Origin: a virus
Length of the DNA: 64,000 nt
Strand: one strand, 5' to 3'
Virus record (IMG/VR): IMGVR_UViG_3300047409_000266
Coordinates: 32,529 to 96,528 of that record
Shown: positions 26,269 to 36,595 of the stretch, piece after piece
How the letters are laid out: every line of letters begins with the position of its first letter
Numbering within the stretch: the first letter of the stretch is position 1
The notes under the pieces: model-generated
What the model saw: the letters and a program-made list of their open reading frames with translations, nothing else
Databases searched by the model: none
What the model was told of the DNA's origin: nothing
Program-made: the position numbers and the translations under genes

Positions 26269-28050
26269 ATGGCCCTCGTCGATAATGCTTGGTACGTCAA
26301 CTACGGCAATGGCTCATCGACCGGATACTACGGTGTTGCACAATGGGCGGCACTTACGACTTACGACTGCGGTACATTAATACGTCAACTTGCTGCTCCT
26401 GCTGTCGGGAGTGAGCGCGTTTTTGTTGCCATCGCTGGCCACGTTGCATCGAGCGCATCGGAGCCAACGTGGGTCATCACGAGAGGCGGCAAGACAACTG
26501 ACACAACTATTACGTGGCAAGAGTGCACAGGCATCGCTGCGCTCAACGGCGATCTCTCTGCAAATACACCGGCGTGGAACAACGCGAGTATCAAAAATTC
26601 AGCGATCACGCTCGGGCAAGTCATTCAGAACGTCGCTGGTACGCTGGTTCTGATCTGCACGGTTGCGGGGACTGCAGGTAACGGCGCGGAGCCATCCTGG
26701 GCGGCATACACAACGGCGGGCGCAACAACCACAGACAACACCGTCACCTGGGTCACTCTCGGCCCATCGTTCTCTGCATGGGCTGCGCCACATGCGAGAC
26801 TGGCGAATGCTCTAACAACAAATTGGGTACAGGCCGGAAATAAAGTATTTGTCGGAGATAATCACGCAGAGACGCAAGCATCTGGGACTACATTGACTGG
26901 CGCAGGGACTCTTGCCTCTCCGGTTCTTATTTATTGTGTAGACCATACCGCTGCGGTTCCACCTGGCAGTGCAAATCTTGCAACTACAGCCTCCATAACC
27001 AATACCACTAGCGTGAATGCTCCCGTGCTATCTGGTATTTATTATATCTACGGGATCATTTTCGATTCTGGTGGTGGGGGCGCAACCACTAATATTATTT
27101 GGCTAACTGGGAGCCAAATTAAATTAGAAAATTGCGCACTTAGAAAAACTGGGACGGTTTCTTCAAATAATGCGATACTCCTACAAGGAAATAAAATTGA
27201 ACTCGTCAATACCACAATGCAGTTTGCAAACACCGGAGACGGTCTTAGGATAGGAGGCGGTACGATTATTTGGCGAAATACCGCATCCGCCATCACGGGC
27301 GCAACTTTGCCGACCTCTTTTTTATCGTATCAGAGCCTTATAACCGGCGGTAGCTTCGTTGTGACTGGAGTGGATTTATCCGCTTTAGGATCAGGTAAAA
27401 CCATCGTACCAGCATTAAGTTTGCCTTACCTAGTGTCATTCATTGATTGCAAGCTAGGTGCCTCCGTGACTACTGGTGCGACACCGACTGTAGCTGGTGC
27501 GACGGCCGATTTTATAGGCACAGATAGTTCCGGCACCAATTATAGACAGGAACGCTATCAATATCAGGGCACCCAGACTGTTGAGACAACCATAGTCCGC
27601 ACCGGTGGGGCGACCGATGGCACAACGCCGATAAGTTGGAAAATCGTTAATACAGCAAATAGCAAATGGGTTCTCCCATTTGAATGCTTGCCTTCCTCAA
27701 TCTGGAACAACACCACTGGCTCAAACGTCATTATCACAATCTACGGAACGACTACGGGCGGCGGCACAATCAACAACGACGATATTTGGTTTGAGGCCGT
27801 GTACTTCGGTGCAAGCGGAAATCCGCAAGGCTCATTCGCCACATCAACCAAAGCAAATAATCTAGCTTCGCCTTCTGCCTATTCCTCTGATGCCTCGGTA
27901 TGGGGCGGCAGCGGTGCCGGTAACGGCTTCAAAATGACTGTGACACTCTCAGCTCCGCAGCCACAGCTTAAGGGGCCGATATACGTTTACATCAAGGCAG
28001 CGAAGGCAAGCGCGACGTATTATATAGATCCCAAAATTGTATTGAGTTAA
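26269..28050 (+). CDS. putative tail fibre/spike protein
   Basis: Two EP(T/S)W...TTDxTxTW repeats, then an S/T/G/N-rich beta-helix-like region with lower GC. Confidence 0.65.
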   Translation: MALVDNAWYVNYGNGSSTGYYGVAQWAALTTYDCGTLIRQLAAPAVGSERVFVAIAGHVASSASEPTWVITRGGKTTDTTITWQECTGIAALNGDLSANTPAWNNASIKNSAITLGQVIQNVAGTLVLICTVAGTAGNGAEPSWAAYTTAGATTTDNTVTWVTLGPSFSAWAAPHARLANALTTNWVQAGNKVFVGDNHAETQASGTTLTGAGTLASPVLIYCVDHTAAVPPGSANLATTASITNTTSVNAPVLSGIYYIYGIIFDSGGGGATTNIIWLTGSQIKLENCALRKTGTVSSNNAILLQGNKIELVNTTMQFANTGDGLRIGGGTIIWRNTASAITGATLPTSFLSYQSLITGGSFVVTGVDLSALGSGKTIVPALSLPYLVSFIDCKLGASVTTGATPTVAGATADFIGTDSSGTNYRQERYQYQGTQTVETTIVRTGGATDGTTPISWKIVNTANSKWVLPFECLPSSIWNNTTGSNVIITIYGTTTGGGTINNDDIWFEAVYFGASGNPQGSFATSTKANNLASPSAYSSDASVWGGSGAGNGFKMTVTLSAPQPQLKGPIYVYIKAAKASATYYIDPKIVLS

Positions 28051-28054
28051 CTCC

Positions 28055-29029
28055 ATGGCGCGAACATATATTGTCGCGCCTGGTGTCTACGTTGAAGAAA
28101 CGTCGACAAGGAGCTACATTCTTGCTCCTGGCGTCTACGTCAGCGAGCAATGGCTCGATCCGGCACCCGAGTTTCTCGTCGATCTTGCTATCATTGCGGC
28201 GTGGCAGCCAGCCGATCCACCACCGCAGCAACAACGACGGCTAAATCCTGCACTTCTTGCGCCGGCAGTGGTGGCGGCAAATCCGCCATATTCGATCACG
28301 GCATGGCTCTCTGCGGTCATCCAAGCGTGGCAGCCTTCCGATCCCCTGCCACATCAGATCAGAAAGCTCTCCCCTGGAATACCCGGCCAGAGTGTTGACC
28401 AACCTCCATTCGTAAATGAAGGGCGAAATACTACCGCCACACCGATTGTCCAGGCTTGGCAACCAGTAGACCTGCAACCTACGCTGCCACGGTATCTGGC
28501 GCAGGTTTCTGTCACTTACGTCCCATATACGCCGACATGGCTATCTGGTGTTCTGCAAGCTTGGCAGTCCCCTGAACCACAGCCATTTCTCGGCGGTCAA
28601 CAGCCTCTAGCCGGCCGCGCGCTTCCGCAGCCGCTTGGTCCAATCACGGCGAATGCTGCGATCACGGAAGCCGATGATACGCTCTCGGCGACAGCGACCG
28701 TCTCGCAGCCCGTCGTTACACAGCTTCCTGGTGGCGGTAAGCGGCGTCGGCATGGTGCTGGCGATCAGCCGCTACCGCGCGAGCTCACGCGAGGTGATAC
28801 CAAGCGCGCCAAGATTGCCGGCGATCTCGTTGCCGAGCATCTGGCCGAGGTTGTGTCGATCGCCTCGGCGCGGCTTGTCGAGCAAGATGACGGTGTAAAA
28901 GCTCGAGCCAGCATTTCCAGAAATGCAGGACTCAGAGTAAGAGAGGCCGATGATCGGCTTACGGCTACCGCGACAATAGGATGGCCTGACCCGACCGATG
29001 AGGAAATGGCTCTTATCTTGGCGGCTTAG
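28055..29029 (+). CDS. Pro-rich WQPxDP repeat protein
   Basis: Four AWQ(P/S)xxx repeats, three ExDD.(L/V).A repeats, GGGKRRR, C-terminal DEEMALILAA. Confidence 0.65.
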   Translation: MARTYIVAPGVYVEETSTRSYILAPGVYVSEQWLDPAPEFLVDLAIIAAWQPADPPPQQQRRLNPALLAPAVVAANPPYSITAWLSAVIQAWQPSDPLPHQIRKLSPGIPGQSVDQPPFVNEGRNTTATPIVQAWQPVDLQPTLPRYLAQVSVTYVPYTPTWLSGVLQAWQSPEPQPFLGGQQPLAGRALPQPLGPITANAAITEADDTLSATATVSQPVVTQLPGGGKRRRHGAGDQPLPRELTRGDTKRAKIAGDLVAEHLAEVVSIASARLVEQDDGVKARASISRNAGLRVREADDRLTATATIGWPDPTDEEMALILAA

Positions 29030-29254
29030 ATGGAAAAATCCTGCCGCACATGCCGGTTCAGCGCCCCGGCGAATCCCGATGAGACCAGTGGCGTATGCCG
29101 TCTTTCTCCGCCCGAGATGAGGTGGCTTGAGGACGGAAAGATTCAAAGTCAGTTTCCGCCCGTGAACCTCGACGCGATGGTGTGTGGGAAGCATGAACCG
29201 CATGATCTTCCGCCAGGACCGAAGATTCGCTATTGGTGGTATGGCTGGAAATGA
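29030..29254 (+). CDS. small Cys-rich protein (CxxC...C...PP...CG)
   Basis: ORF track. Confidence 0.55.
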   Translation: MEKSCRTCRFSAPANPDETSGVCRLSPPEMRWLEDGKIQSQFPPVNLDAMVCGKHEPHDLPPGPKIRYWWYGWK

Positions 29255-29481
29255 GCATCGTGCATGAGGACGAGGCCAAACAGCACATCTGTCCGATCAT
29301 GACAGGCGGCTGGCTCAACGATATGCCGAGATGCCAAGGCATCCGCTGCATGGCGTGGCGCAAGGCCGGTATACATTCGAAGCTCGGGTACTGCGGACTT
29401 TCTGGGGTGCCATCGTATGGCTGGGAAGATCGTCCACCGACTCAGCTTGAGAACTTGCCTCCGCCCGCGAAACGGGTGTAA
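29251..29481 (+). CDS. small Cys-rich protein (CP...C...CMAWR...GYCGL)
   Basis: In frame with ORF 29233..29481. Confidence 0.55.
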   Translation: MSIVHEDEAKQHICPIMTGGWLNDMPRCQGIRCMAWRKAGIHSKLGYCGLSGVPSYGWEDRPPTQLENLPPPAKRV

Positions 29482-29490
29482 CTGGATTGC

Positions 29491-29802
29491 ATGCGCTTTA
29501 GACCTATCAGAAGCACCATCGGCTGGCTGATCGAGATATTCAGCCTCAACACCACAGTTGATCGCGTTGCTGCCTTAGAAACTGAAAACTATCACCTACG
29601 ACAGAGGATACGTGACATGGCTGGCGAAATTGACGCTCTCAAGAGCAATCTCGGAAAACTGCAGACATCGGTAGCAGCGTTGCAGGTGCGCGTGGCTGGG
29701 CTTTCCTCCATCAACCCGGCCGATGTCACTGCGGCATCCGATGCGGTTGGCGCCGCTGCGGCTACGCTTGATAGCATCGCGCCGGCAACACCTACTCCGT
29801 AA
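29491..29802 (+). CDS. coiled-coil protein
   Basis: ORF track; start uncertain (alternative ATG 29617). Confidence 0.5.
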   Translation: MRFRPIRSTIGWLIEIFSLNTTVDRVAALETENYHLRQRIRDMAGEIDALKSNLGKLQTSVAALQVRVAGLSSINPADVTAASDAVGAAAATLDSIAPATPTP

Positions 29803-29811
29803 CAGCGTGTT

Positions 29812-29976
29812 TGGTGGGTCTCGTAATCCAGGTTCCCATCCCCCAACCTTCCTGGACCGAGGAAGCATACCGCTTATCCGGTGTTTTCGCTCGCCGGGCC
29901 CACCATGTAGTTTGGCGTGCTGTCCGAACATGGGGCTTCCCTCCTGCCGTGGGAAGAAATGCAGGGCAGCACGCCA
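29812..29976 (+). ncRNA. putative structured non-coding RNA
   Basis: 10-bp stem 29812-29821/29896-29905 and 13-bp stem 29913-29925/29964-29976, each enclosing smaller hairpins. Confidence 0.4.
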
Positions 29977-30027
29977 GTTAGTTTGTGGCGTATCGAGTAG
30001 ACATTCCCTCGAACAATAGGATACGCC

Positions 30028-30480
30028 ATGAAATTGCTCGTCGCCGCCTCTGCAATTCTGTTCGCGCTCGCCCAATCTGCCGTTGCGGGTGGTCATCACG
30101 TCATCGTAGCAAAGACGGTCTATCACGCCGCTCATCATGCCCATCACATCGTCAAAGTGGTGAAGGTGGTCAAAGTAGTGCATGTCGCTAAGGTGGCGAC
30201 CGTCGCGCCCAAGGCCGCTACTAGCGCCACGCCAAAGGCGGCATCAGGTGGCGGTGGTGGCGGGGCATGGTGCACGGGTGGTTGTGTTGGCGTTGTGGTG
30301 TTCCAAGGTGTCATTCTGGCAATGATCGTGGGAGACGAGGTGAGGCGCACGATTGATGGCCCAGCCTGCGCTACGAACAAGATGACGCGGCAATCGTATT
30401 TTGGCGTTGTCAGAGACGAGCCGAAGCTTTGGCGGAAACTCTGCAATTATGACCCGAACATTGTTGTCGCCCGCGGCTAA
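30028..30480 (+). CDS. exported low-complexity His/Val/Lys-rich protein
   Basis: Signal peptide, HHAHH, (VVK)n, Gly linker, hydrophobic segment. Confidence 0.55.
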   Translation: MKLLVAASAILFALAQSAVAGGHHVIVAKTVYHAAHHAHHIVKVVKVVKVVHVAKVATVAPKAATSATPKAASGGGGGGAWCTGGCVGVVVFQGVILAMIVGDEVRRTIDGPACATNKMTRQSYFGVVRDEPKLWRKLCNYDPNIVVARG

Positions 30481-30502
30481 CCGTTTTATGTGAGACATCA
30501 CC

Positions 30503-31390
30503 ATGGCACGCGAGGACATCCAGGCCACGATAGTCCGCGTTGCCAGAGAGGAAGGAATCGATCCGACATTCGCGTTGGCCGTGGCCGATCGCGAATCGAG
30601 CTTCAATCCAAACGCCCACGCTTCAAAGACAATCCACGGCCTGTTCCAGATGAGCGGCGACCTGCGTGGCAAGTACGGAATCGGCAACAGCACCGATCCG
30701 GAGGTACAGACCCGCGGCTGGACTGCCTTCATGCGTGATCTCAAGGCCAAGATGGGCGAACACCTTGGGCGTGCGCCGACTGATCGGGAAACCTATTTGG
30801 GTCACTTTTGGGGTGGACCGCGCGCCGCGCGCGTCTTATCCGGCCAGCACGCCAACCACGCGCCGGCTGATGTGTTCAGTCCTTACGAGCTCTCGATCAA
30901 TCCGGAGCTGGCACGCGGCAAGAACATGGGCGGGCTCGCCTCGAACATCATGGGCGACATCGACCGCAGACAGGCCAAGTTTGGCGGTACGGGCGGCGCT
31001 GGCAACGATTTCTCTCAATACGGTGAAAATCCTCAAGGGGTAGACTTTGCTCAATTCGGTGAGCCTGAGAACGTGTCTAAGCGCATTGCAGCCAAAGAAG
31101 ATGAGGCACCCCAGACACCGCAACCATGGGCGGGCACAACTGCACCATGGAAGCCACCTACCTGGGCCAAAGCGCCAGCACCGAAAGCACCTACCGCACT
31201 TGCTCAAGCTGGCCAAACGGGCGGAGGCACGTCACGTTCAACACCCTCAAATCCTGCAGAGAATGTGGACATGACCTCCGCCCCGGCCGCCGCTGCGCCG
31301 ACAGGTTGGGGTGAGGAAGTCGATCTGTCGAAGTATCCGGATCGACAGGGCATTCCATCACCTGGGCTGCAAAGCCAGCTTGGAGCGTGA
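30503..31390 (+). CDS. lytic transglycosylase (SLT-like) domain protein
   Basis: RESSFNPNA...GLFQM...YLGHFWG. Confidence 0.8.
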   Translation: MAREDIQATIVRVAREEGIDPTFALAVADRESSFNPNAHASKTIHGLFQMSGDLRGKYGIGNSTDPEVQTRGWTAFMRDLKAKMGEHLGRAPTDRETYLGHFWGGPRAARVLSGQHANHAPADVFSPYELSINPELARGKNMGGLASNIMGDIDRRQAKFGGTGGAGNDFSQYGENPQGVDFAQFGEPENVSKRIAAKEDEAPQTPQPWAGTTAPWKPPTWAKAPAPKAPTALAQAGQTGGGTSRSTPSNPAENVDMTSAPAAAAPTGWGEEVDLSKYPDRQGIPSPGLQSQLGA

Positions 31391-31391
31391 G

Positions 31392-31706
31392 ATGGCGGAA
31401 ACGATCACCATTCCGCACTTATCGCACGAAGGCAGCGTATGGGAGGAATACCCGGTTAAGGGGAAGCCCGGTTGGTTTAGCTCGGTCGATGGTAATGGCA
31501 AAACCGTAAAGCCACTGATTCGGTGTAATTGTGGGAGCGTAAGCGGCATTGGGCTTCATCATGTCCACGCCGATGGAACGGTCACACAATCATTCTGGCA
31601 CAAGAAGGGGAACAACTATCCCGAGGATCCGGATGGCTGCGACTGGCACGTATGGTTGAAACTGGCCGACTGGACTGGCGAAGATATCCCACCCGACCCA
31701 AAGTGA
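31392..31706 (+). CDS. hypothetical protein (Cys/His motif)
   Basis: CNCG...VTQS...CDWHVWL. Confidence 0.55.
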   Translation: MAETITIPHLSHEGSVWEEYPVKGKPGWFSSVDGNGKTVKPLIRCNCGSVSGIGLHHVHADGTVTQSFWHKKGNNYPEDPDGCDWHVWLKLADWTGEDIPPDPK

Positions 31707-31712
31707 AACATC

Positions 31713-32003
31713 ATGGCTCGCATCAACTGGCACGGCGTTGCCTTCAACGCGAATCCGATCGAACAACTACCCAACGGCAACTGGCGCATGATCTCCATGG
31801 AGCACGGCGCGCGCGTGGTTCCAGGCACAGAGATCATCGTCAAGCAGTCAGAGATTATCGAGATGGGCGCCGCCGAGATGCCGTCTGATCCATCCGAAAG
31901 CCAAGCAAAACTCGAGGCCGCGATGGCTGAGGAGCGCAAATTGCTTCCGCCTATCCAGGGGCTTCTGGCGGCCGTAAAGCCTCAAAAGCCAGTCACTGGC
32001 TGA
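31713..32003 (+). CDS. hypothetical protein
   Basis: ORF track. Confidence 0.55.
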   Translation: MARINWHGVAFNANPIEQLPNGNWRMISMEHGARVVPGTEIIVKQSEIIEMGAAEMPSDPSESQAKLEAAMAEERKLLPPIQGLLAAVKPQKPVTG

Positions 32004-32099
32004 ATTCCGAGCCTCACAGGAGGCCGCTGGTGCGATTTTTCGATCTCCCATGAACCTGGACATGGGGTAATTCTCATCGTTTTCGATATGGAGGTCATC

Positions 32100-32351
32100 A
32101 TGGCTCACAAGAAAAACCACCCGCCACAGCGTAAGATCCCAGTCAAGCCACATGAGCGCGGTGTGCCGACACGCAAGCCACCAGCGCGGCCGATGCCTGG
32201 ACAGGTGGAATTCTCCCCCGACCAGGAGCAGGCCATGCGTGCCGGCGCTCGTTCGGACGCTGGGGCTGGTGCTGTGCGTGGATCGATCATGCCGCGATCG
32301 ACCGATATAGCCGGCGCCAACGAATCGGAAGATATTCTCGGTAACATTTGA
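32100..32351 (+). CDS. hypothetical protein
   Basis: SD GGAGG before ATG 32100. Confidence 0.55.
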   Translation: MAHKKNHPPQRKIPVKPHERGVPTRKPPARPMPGQVEFSPDQEQAMRAGARSDAGAGAVRGSIMPRSTDIAGANESEDILGNI

Positions 32352-32629
32352 GGATTGGTGTCATGGGCGACGTCATCCCGCTTCCCGGCGTTGAGCGCCG
32401 CGATCTCACTGGGCCCGTGCTCCGCAGTGATGAAATCCTGCAACAGGCCATCGAGGAAGGTGTCGAGGATGTGGTCGTTGTTGGCCGCGCTCGAGACGGC
32501 AGCATATTTGTGTCAGGTGCAACAAATGATGCCGATCGCGTCGTCGGTATCCTGATGGGCGGAGTTCAGTGGATGTCGCAGAACCAGTTTCAGCAGGGCA
32601 TCTACGAGGAACCGAAGGAGCCAGCATGA
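32348..32629 (+). CDS. hypothetical protein
   Basis: ORF track. Confidence 0.55.
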   Translation: MRIGVMGDVIPLPGVERRDLTGPVLRSDEILQQAIEEGVEDVVVVGRARDGSIFVSGATNDADRVVGILMGGVQWMSQNQFQQGIYEEPKEPA

Positions 32630-32819
32630 CGCAGCAAAAGCCACCATTCTCGTCGAGCACGCCGCTGCAAGTTCTCACCTTTATCGGCTTTCTTATGCTG
32701 ATTGCCGCTGTGTTCTATCTGGTCGGGCCTACGGCGCCGTTACCGGTCGCTTGCCTCGATAATGAGGTGCCATTGCTTGCGAAGAACGGGTACGTATGCG
32801 TGCTCGTGAGAGTACCCTA

Positions 32820-33035
32820 ATGCCGTGGTCTCCAAACGATGGTCCTTCGCGCCACACTAAGAAGGCCAGCACCCCGAAGAAGAAAAAGCAGTGGAGTGCG
32901 GTTGCAAATAGCATCCTGGCGCGCACCGGAAACGAAGGACGTGCTGTGCGCGGTGCTAACGCCGCAGTAGCGCACGCGACCTACAGTGCGCACGCCGAGA
33001 AGCGCATGCGGCATGCGAGACGGAAAGAACGATGA
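32820..33035 (+). CDS. small basic phage protein (MPW...HT...QWxxVAN)
   Basis: In frame with ORF 32796..33035; directly upstream of terS. Confidence 0.55.
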   Translation: MPWSPNDGPSRHTKKASTPKKKKQWSAVANSILARTGNEGRAVRGANAAVAHATYSAHAEKRMRHARRKER

Positions 33036-33559
33036 ACGCTGAAACCGAAAGTCGCGCTGCTCTCGATGGCGCTATGGCAGTGCTACCGAAGAAGGGCCGC
33101 CCTACCGACTACTCTAAAGAGTTTGTCCAGACATTTCTGGAGCTTATAGTGTCTGGCGAAACGCTGCTTTCTGTATCTCGGCGCGACGACATGCCGTCAC
33201 ACTGGTCGATATACAACTGGCTCAGGGAGCATCATGAGTTTCGCGAGGGGTACGAATTGGCCTGCAATTGGCGCACGTTCAGTACCGCTGACAGTCTGCG
33301 AGAACTCATCAAGACTACCGACGACGATAGCGTAAAATATAAGTGCATCACCTTTATCCTGGAAAAGGAGATGCCAGAGAAGTACGGGGAAAACCCAGAC
33401 GTCCGATGGAAGCCATCACCGGAGGTTTTAGCCAACGGTGACGATGCTAAGCTTGTGAACGAATCACCGCCGCAGATCATTCATCAAGACCCATTGCAAG
33501 CGCAGTTAGAAGCGTTCGAGAAAGCCGGGCGAGAATACAAAAATGGCAAGGGGTCTTAA
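33032..33559 (+). CDS. terS: terminase small subunit
   Basis: GRPTDYS...GETL...MPS...YNWL...FRExYE...PEKYG; overlaps terL. Confidence 0.8.
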   Translation: MNAETESRAALDGAMAVLPKKGRPTDYSKEFVQTFLELIVSGETLLSVSRRDDMPSHWSIYNWLREHHEFREGYELACNWRTFSTADSLRELIKTTDDDSVKYKCITFILEKEMPEKYGENPDVRWKPSPEVLANGDDAKLVNESPPQIIHQDPLQAQLEAFEKAGREYKNGKGS

Positions 33560-35372
33560 AGCTAGGCGCTACGAGACAACGGAAGCCAACAAGCGGCTCG
33601 GCCAGTTCATCCTCAACGATCTCCACACCCTAGACTATCCGGAAACGCTGGATTGGTACGAGAAAGAGGTTCCAAAGCTGGACTTGGATGGCCGTGCACT
33701 ACTAGGCGCGAATGACAGATACTTTTTGCTTACCGCTCTGTGTAATCGCGTTGATGCGCTACATCCGTGGCTGTTTGATCGCTGCCGCGAGGTTGAGGCC
33801 GATCCAGATGGACACATGGATCTGTGGTTTAGGTTTGGGTATAAATCGACAATCATTACCTTCGCTGGAGTTATTCAGGAGGTGATGTGTAATCCTGAGA
33901 TCAAGGTTTCCGTCTTTTCGGTGGTGAAGGCGATCGCGGAAGCCTTCCTCAACCAAATCAAAGAGGAATTTGAGAGCAACGAACATCTCAAGCAGGTCTA
34001 TCGGGACGTGCTTTATCGCAACCCGAGAACGAGAGGGGTGGACGGGAAGCCGGCAAAATGGGGTCTCACGCGCGGTATCACGGTCAAACGCCGAAGCAAC
34101 CCGAAGGAGGCGACGATTGAGGCACATGGTCTGATCGACGGCCAGCCGACATCACGCCACTATGATCTACACGTCTACGACGACATCGTAACGCAGGACT
34201 ACATCACCGAGCAGGCAATCAAGAAAACTACAGAGCGATGGGAAATGGCCGATAACCTCGGCTCGCATCTTGCCGTACGCAAGTGGTGTGCCGGTACGAG
34301 ATATTCATTTGCTGATACATACGGGATTATTCTCGAGCGCAAATCGCTCAAGCCTCGCATTTACCCAGCCACAGATGACGGTACGCTCACTGGAGCCCCT
34401 GTGTTTCTTTCGCCAGAGCGTTGGAAGCAGATCAAGAACGATCAGCGCTCGGTCGTCTCTGCACAAATGCTGCTCAATCCAATTGCCGGTAACGAGGCGA
34501 CATTTAACGCATTGTGGCTCTCGACATACGATGTGATCCCGGCGGTGATGAACGTCTACATCCTGGTCGACCCATCGAAGGGCACCGGTCAGCGATCGGA
34601 TCGTACCGCGGTTGCCGTCATAGGTATCGATCAGGGCGGCAACAAGTATCTGCTCGACGGCGCGCGCCACCGTATGAAGCTGTCCGAGCGCTGGGCTCTC
34701 GTGAAGCAGTTCAAGGAGCGGTGGGAGACGTTCCCAGGCGTCCAGATGGTCAGAGTTGGGTGGGAACGCTACGGCAAGGACGTGGAGCTCGAGGTCATCG
34801 AGGATATGCAGCTTCGCGAGAACAACGTCTTTGAGATCGAGGAATTAAACACCCCGCGCCAGGGCGGCCATTCCAAGGATGATCGCATTGGGCGCCTAGA
34901 GCCTGACATCCGAGAGGGCCGATTTTATCTACCGGTCATCGCCTACCATCCTGAATTTGGGGATAACCGTGCTGGTAGCATGTGCTACTGGAGCGTATGG
35001 AACGAGCGATCCGAAAAGGCAGCGGCAGAACAGGGGCTTACGCATAACTATCATATCGGGCAGATCGTCTACCGCCGCCACAAGGGTATGACGAAACGCC
35101 AGAAGAACTGCGAGATCACGGCGCAGTCCTACCGCATTGTTCAGGCGTTACGCCGCAAAGACGAGAATGGGGATGCGTACGATCTGACGCGGGCCTTCAT
35201 CGACGAGATGATTCGCCACCCCTTCGCCCCGCATGACGATTTGATTGACGCTGTGTCGCGCATCTATGATATCGATCCGATGCCGCCTGCAGTTTACGAA
35301 ACTCAGAGCGTCGAACCTCTGGACATGGACCCAGAGGTTCCGGACACGGCAATAGAGGACGAAGCGGCGTGA
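33543..35372 (+). CDS. terL: terminase large subunit
   Basis: Walker A-like RFGYKST, Walker B HVYDD, GTRY, nuclease ILVDPS...SDRTA...HDDLIDA. Confidence 0.9.
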   Translation: MARGLKARRYETTEANKRLGQFILNDLHTLDYPETLDWYEKEVPKLDLDGRALLGANDRYFLLTALCNRVDALHPWLFDRCREVEADPDGHMDLWFRFGYKSTIITFAGVIQEVMCNPEIKVSVFSVVKAIAEAFLNQIKEEFESNEHLKQVYRDVLYRNPRTRGVDGKPAKWGLTRGITVKRRSNPKEATIEAHGLIDGQPTSRHYDLHVYDDIVTQDYITEQAIKKTTERWEMADNLGSHLAVRKWCAGTRYSFADTYGIILERKSLKPRIYPATDDGTLTGAPVFLSPERWKQIKNDQRSVVSAQMLLNPIAGNEATFNALWLSTYDVIPAVMNVYILVDPSKGTGQRSDRTAVAVIGIDQGGNKYLLDGARHRMKLSERWALVKQFKERWETFPGVQMVRVGWERYGKDVELEVIEDMQLRENNVFEIEELNTPRQGGHSKDDRIGRLEPDIREGRFYLPVIAYHPEFGDNRAGSMCYWSVWNERSEKAAAEQGLTHNYHIGQIVYRRHKGMTKRQKNCEITAQSYRIVQALRRKDENGDAYDLTRAFIDEMIRHPFAPHDDLIDAVSRIYDIDPMPPAVYETQSVEPLDMDPEVPDTAIEDEAA

Positions 35373-35534
35373 CGATCGACGATATGCCAACAACCTGGGA
35401 ACGATGGTTTGCGTGGTATCCAATTAGGGTCGCTGGTCGATTGATATGGTGGCAATATGTCTGGCGTTCGTGGAGTCGCCCATATCTTAAGGGAAGCCTT
35501 TTCACTTGCGATGTCATTTATCGGCTCGAGACGC

Positions 35535-36155
35535 ATGACTGACGCGACCAAAACCGTCGAATACCCCACCGCTGATGCCGTGGCTGTGGCGGTCGTGACG
35601 GCCTGTAAGCACACCAACGAATCACCGGAGGCTGTTGTGCAGGGTTCCTGGGGCTCACGTGCGCGTCACTATGCAGCCCAGGCGCTAGTCAAGGTCTACC
35701 AGAATACCCCTGCGCCATCGATCGCGCGCATGGTTGGGGCCGGCAGTTCCGCCAATTCGTTTATGATTTCGTCGATGCGGGTTATCAGTTACCGCAAATG
35801 GTTCAAGGCCGACATCTTCAACGATGTGCTCCGCGCGGTCAGCCGTGTTACCGGCCGCGAGGTCAAATACCGGTGCAGGATCGGGGAAGGCTACAAGGGC
35901 GAAAACCACGTCACCATTGATACGCCAGCCGATCAGGAGGCGCAGGACATTCAAGATGCTGTGGCGGTTGTGGCCGCAGAGATCGCCGCTAGCCCGCCCA
36001 GTCCGCGCGAATCATTCCGCCTGCTTGAGGAAATTGTGACTAGAAAGCCGGTCGTGCCGTTTGCTCGTTGCAAAGACTTCACGGCGGAGGTAATGGGAGA
36101 TCCGCGCCCTGGGCGATCGGCCTTGGATCAGCGTGAGGCAAGCCGCAATGAGTGA
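35535..36155 (+). CDS. hypothetical protein (GDPxPGRSAL C-terminus)
   Basis: In frame with ORF 35457..36155. Confidence 0.6.
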   Translation: MTDATKTVEYPTADAVAVAVVTACKHTNESPEAVVQGSWGSRARHYAAQALVKVYQNTPAPSIARMVGAGSSANSFMISSMRVISYRKWFKADIFNDVLRAVSRVTGREVKYRCRIGEGYKGENHVTIDTPADQEAQDIQDAVAVVAAEIAASPPSPRESFRLLEEIVTRKPVVPFARCKDFTAEVMGDPRPGRSALDQREASRNE

Positions 36156-36358
36156 TCTTTCTCGCCGCGCTGTTATGACCGGTGCTAGTGCTGTGGTCGC
36201 AGCCGTGGCGCTGCCGACGATGATAATCGATCCGGCATGGCAGACATTCGTGGATGCTAGTAAGTTTTATCAGTGCCCGACTTTTGTATATTCGGCCGGA
36301 CCATGGAGCGCTATCAGGTTTGTGAACGGCAACGCGCAGAAACTCGGAGGATGGGAGC

Positions 36359-36595
36359 ATGACCCCAGTTAAATCCTCGAACATCAAAGCCGTAGGATAT
36401 TCGCCCGACAGCAAGACACTCACCGTCCAGTTCCATAGCGGCGCAGTCCACGCCTACGAGGGTGTTGATCCGGTCCACCACGAAAACATGCTCAAATGTG
36501 CCGACAACGGCGAGAGTGTAGGATCATACTTCCATCGCCAGATCAGGATGGGCGGTTACAAGGCGAGCAAGGTGGAGACTGAGACCGATGAATAG
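36359..36595 (+). CDS. KTSC domain protein
   Basis: PVKSSNIKAVGY....LTVQFHSG..HAYEGV...SVGSYFHRQIR. Confidence 0.85.
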   Translation: MTPVKSSNIKAVGYSPDSKTLTVQFHSGAVHAYEGVDPVHHENMLKCADNGESVGSYFHRQIRMGGYKASKVETETDE

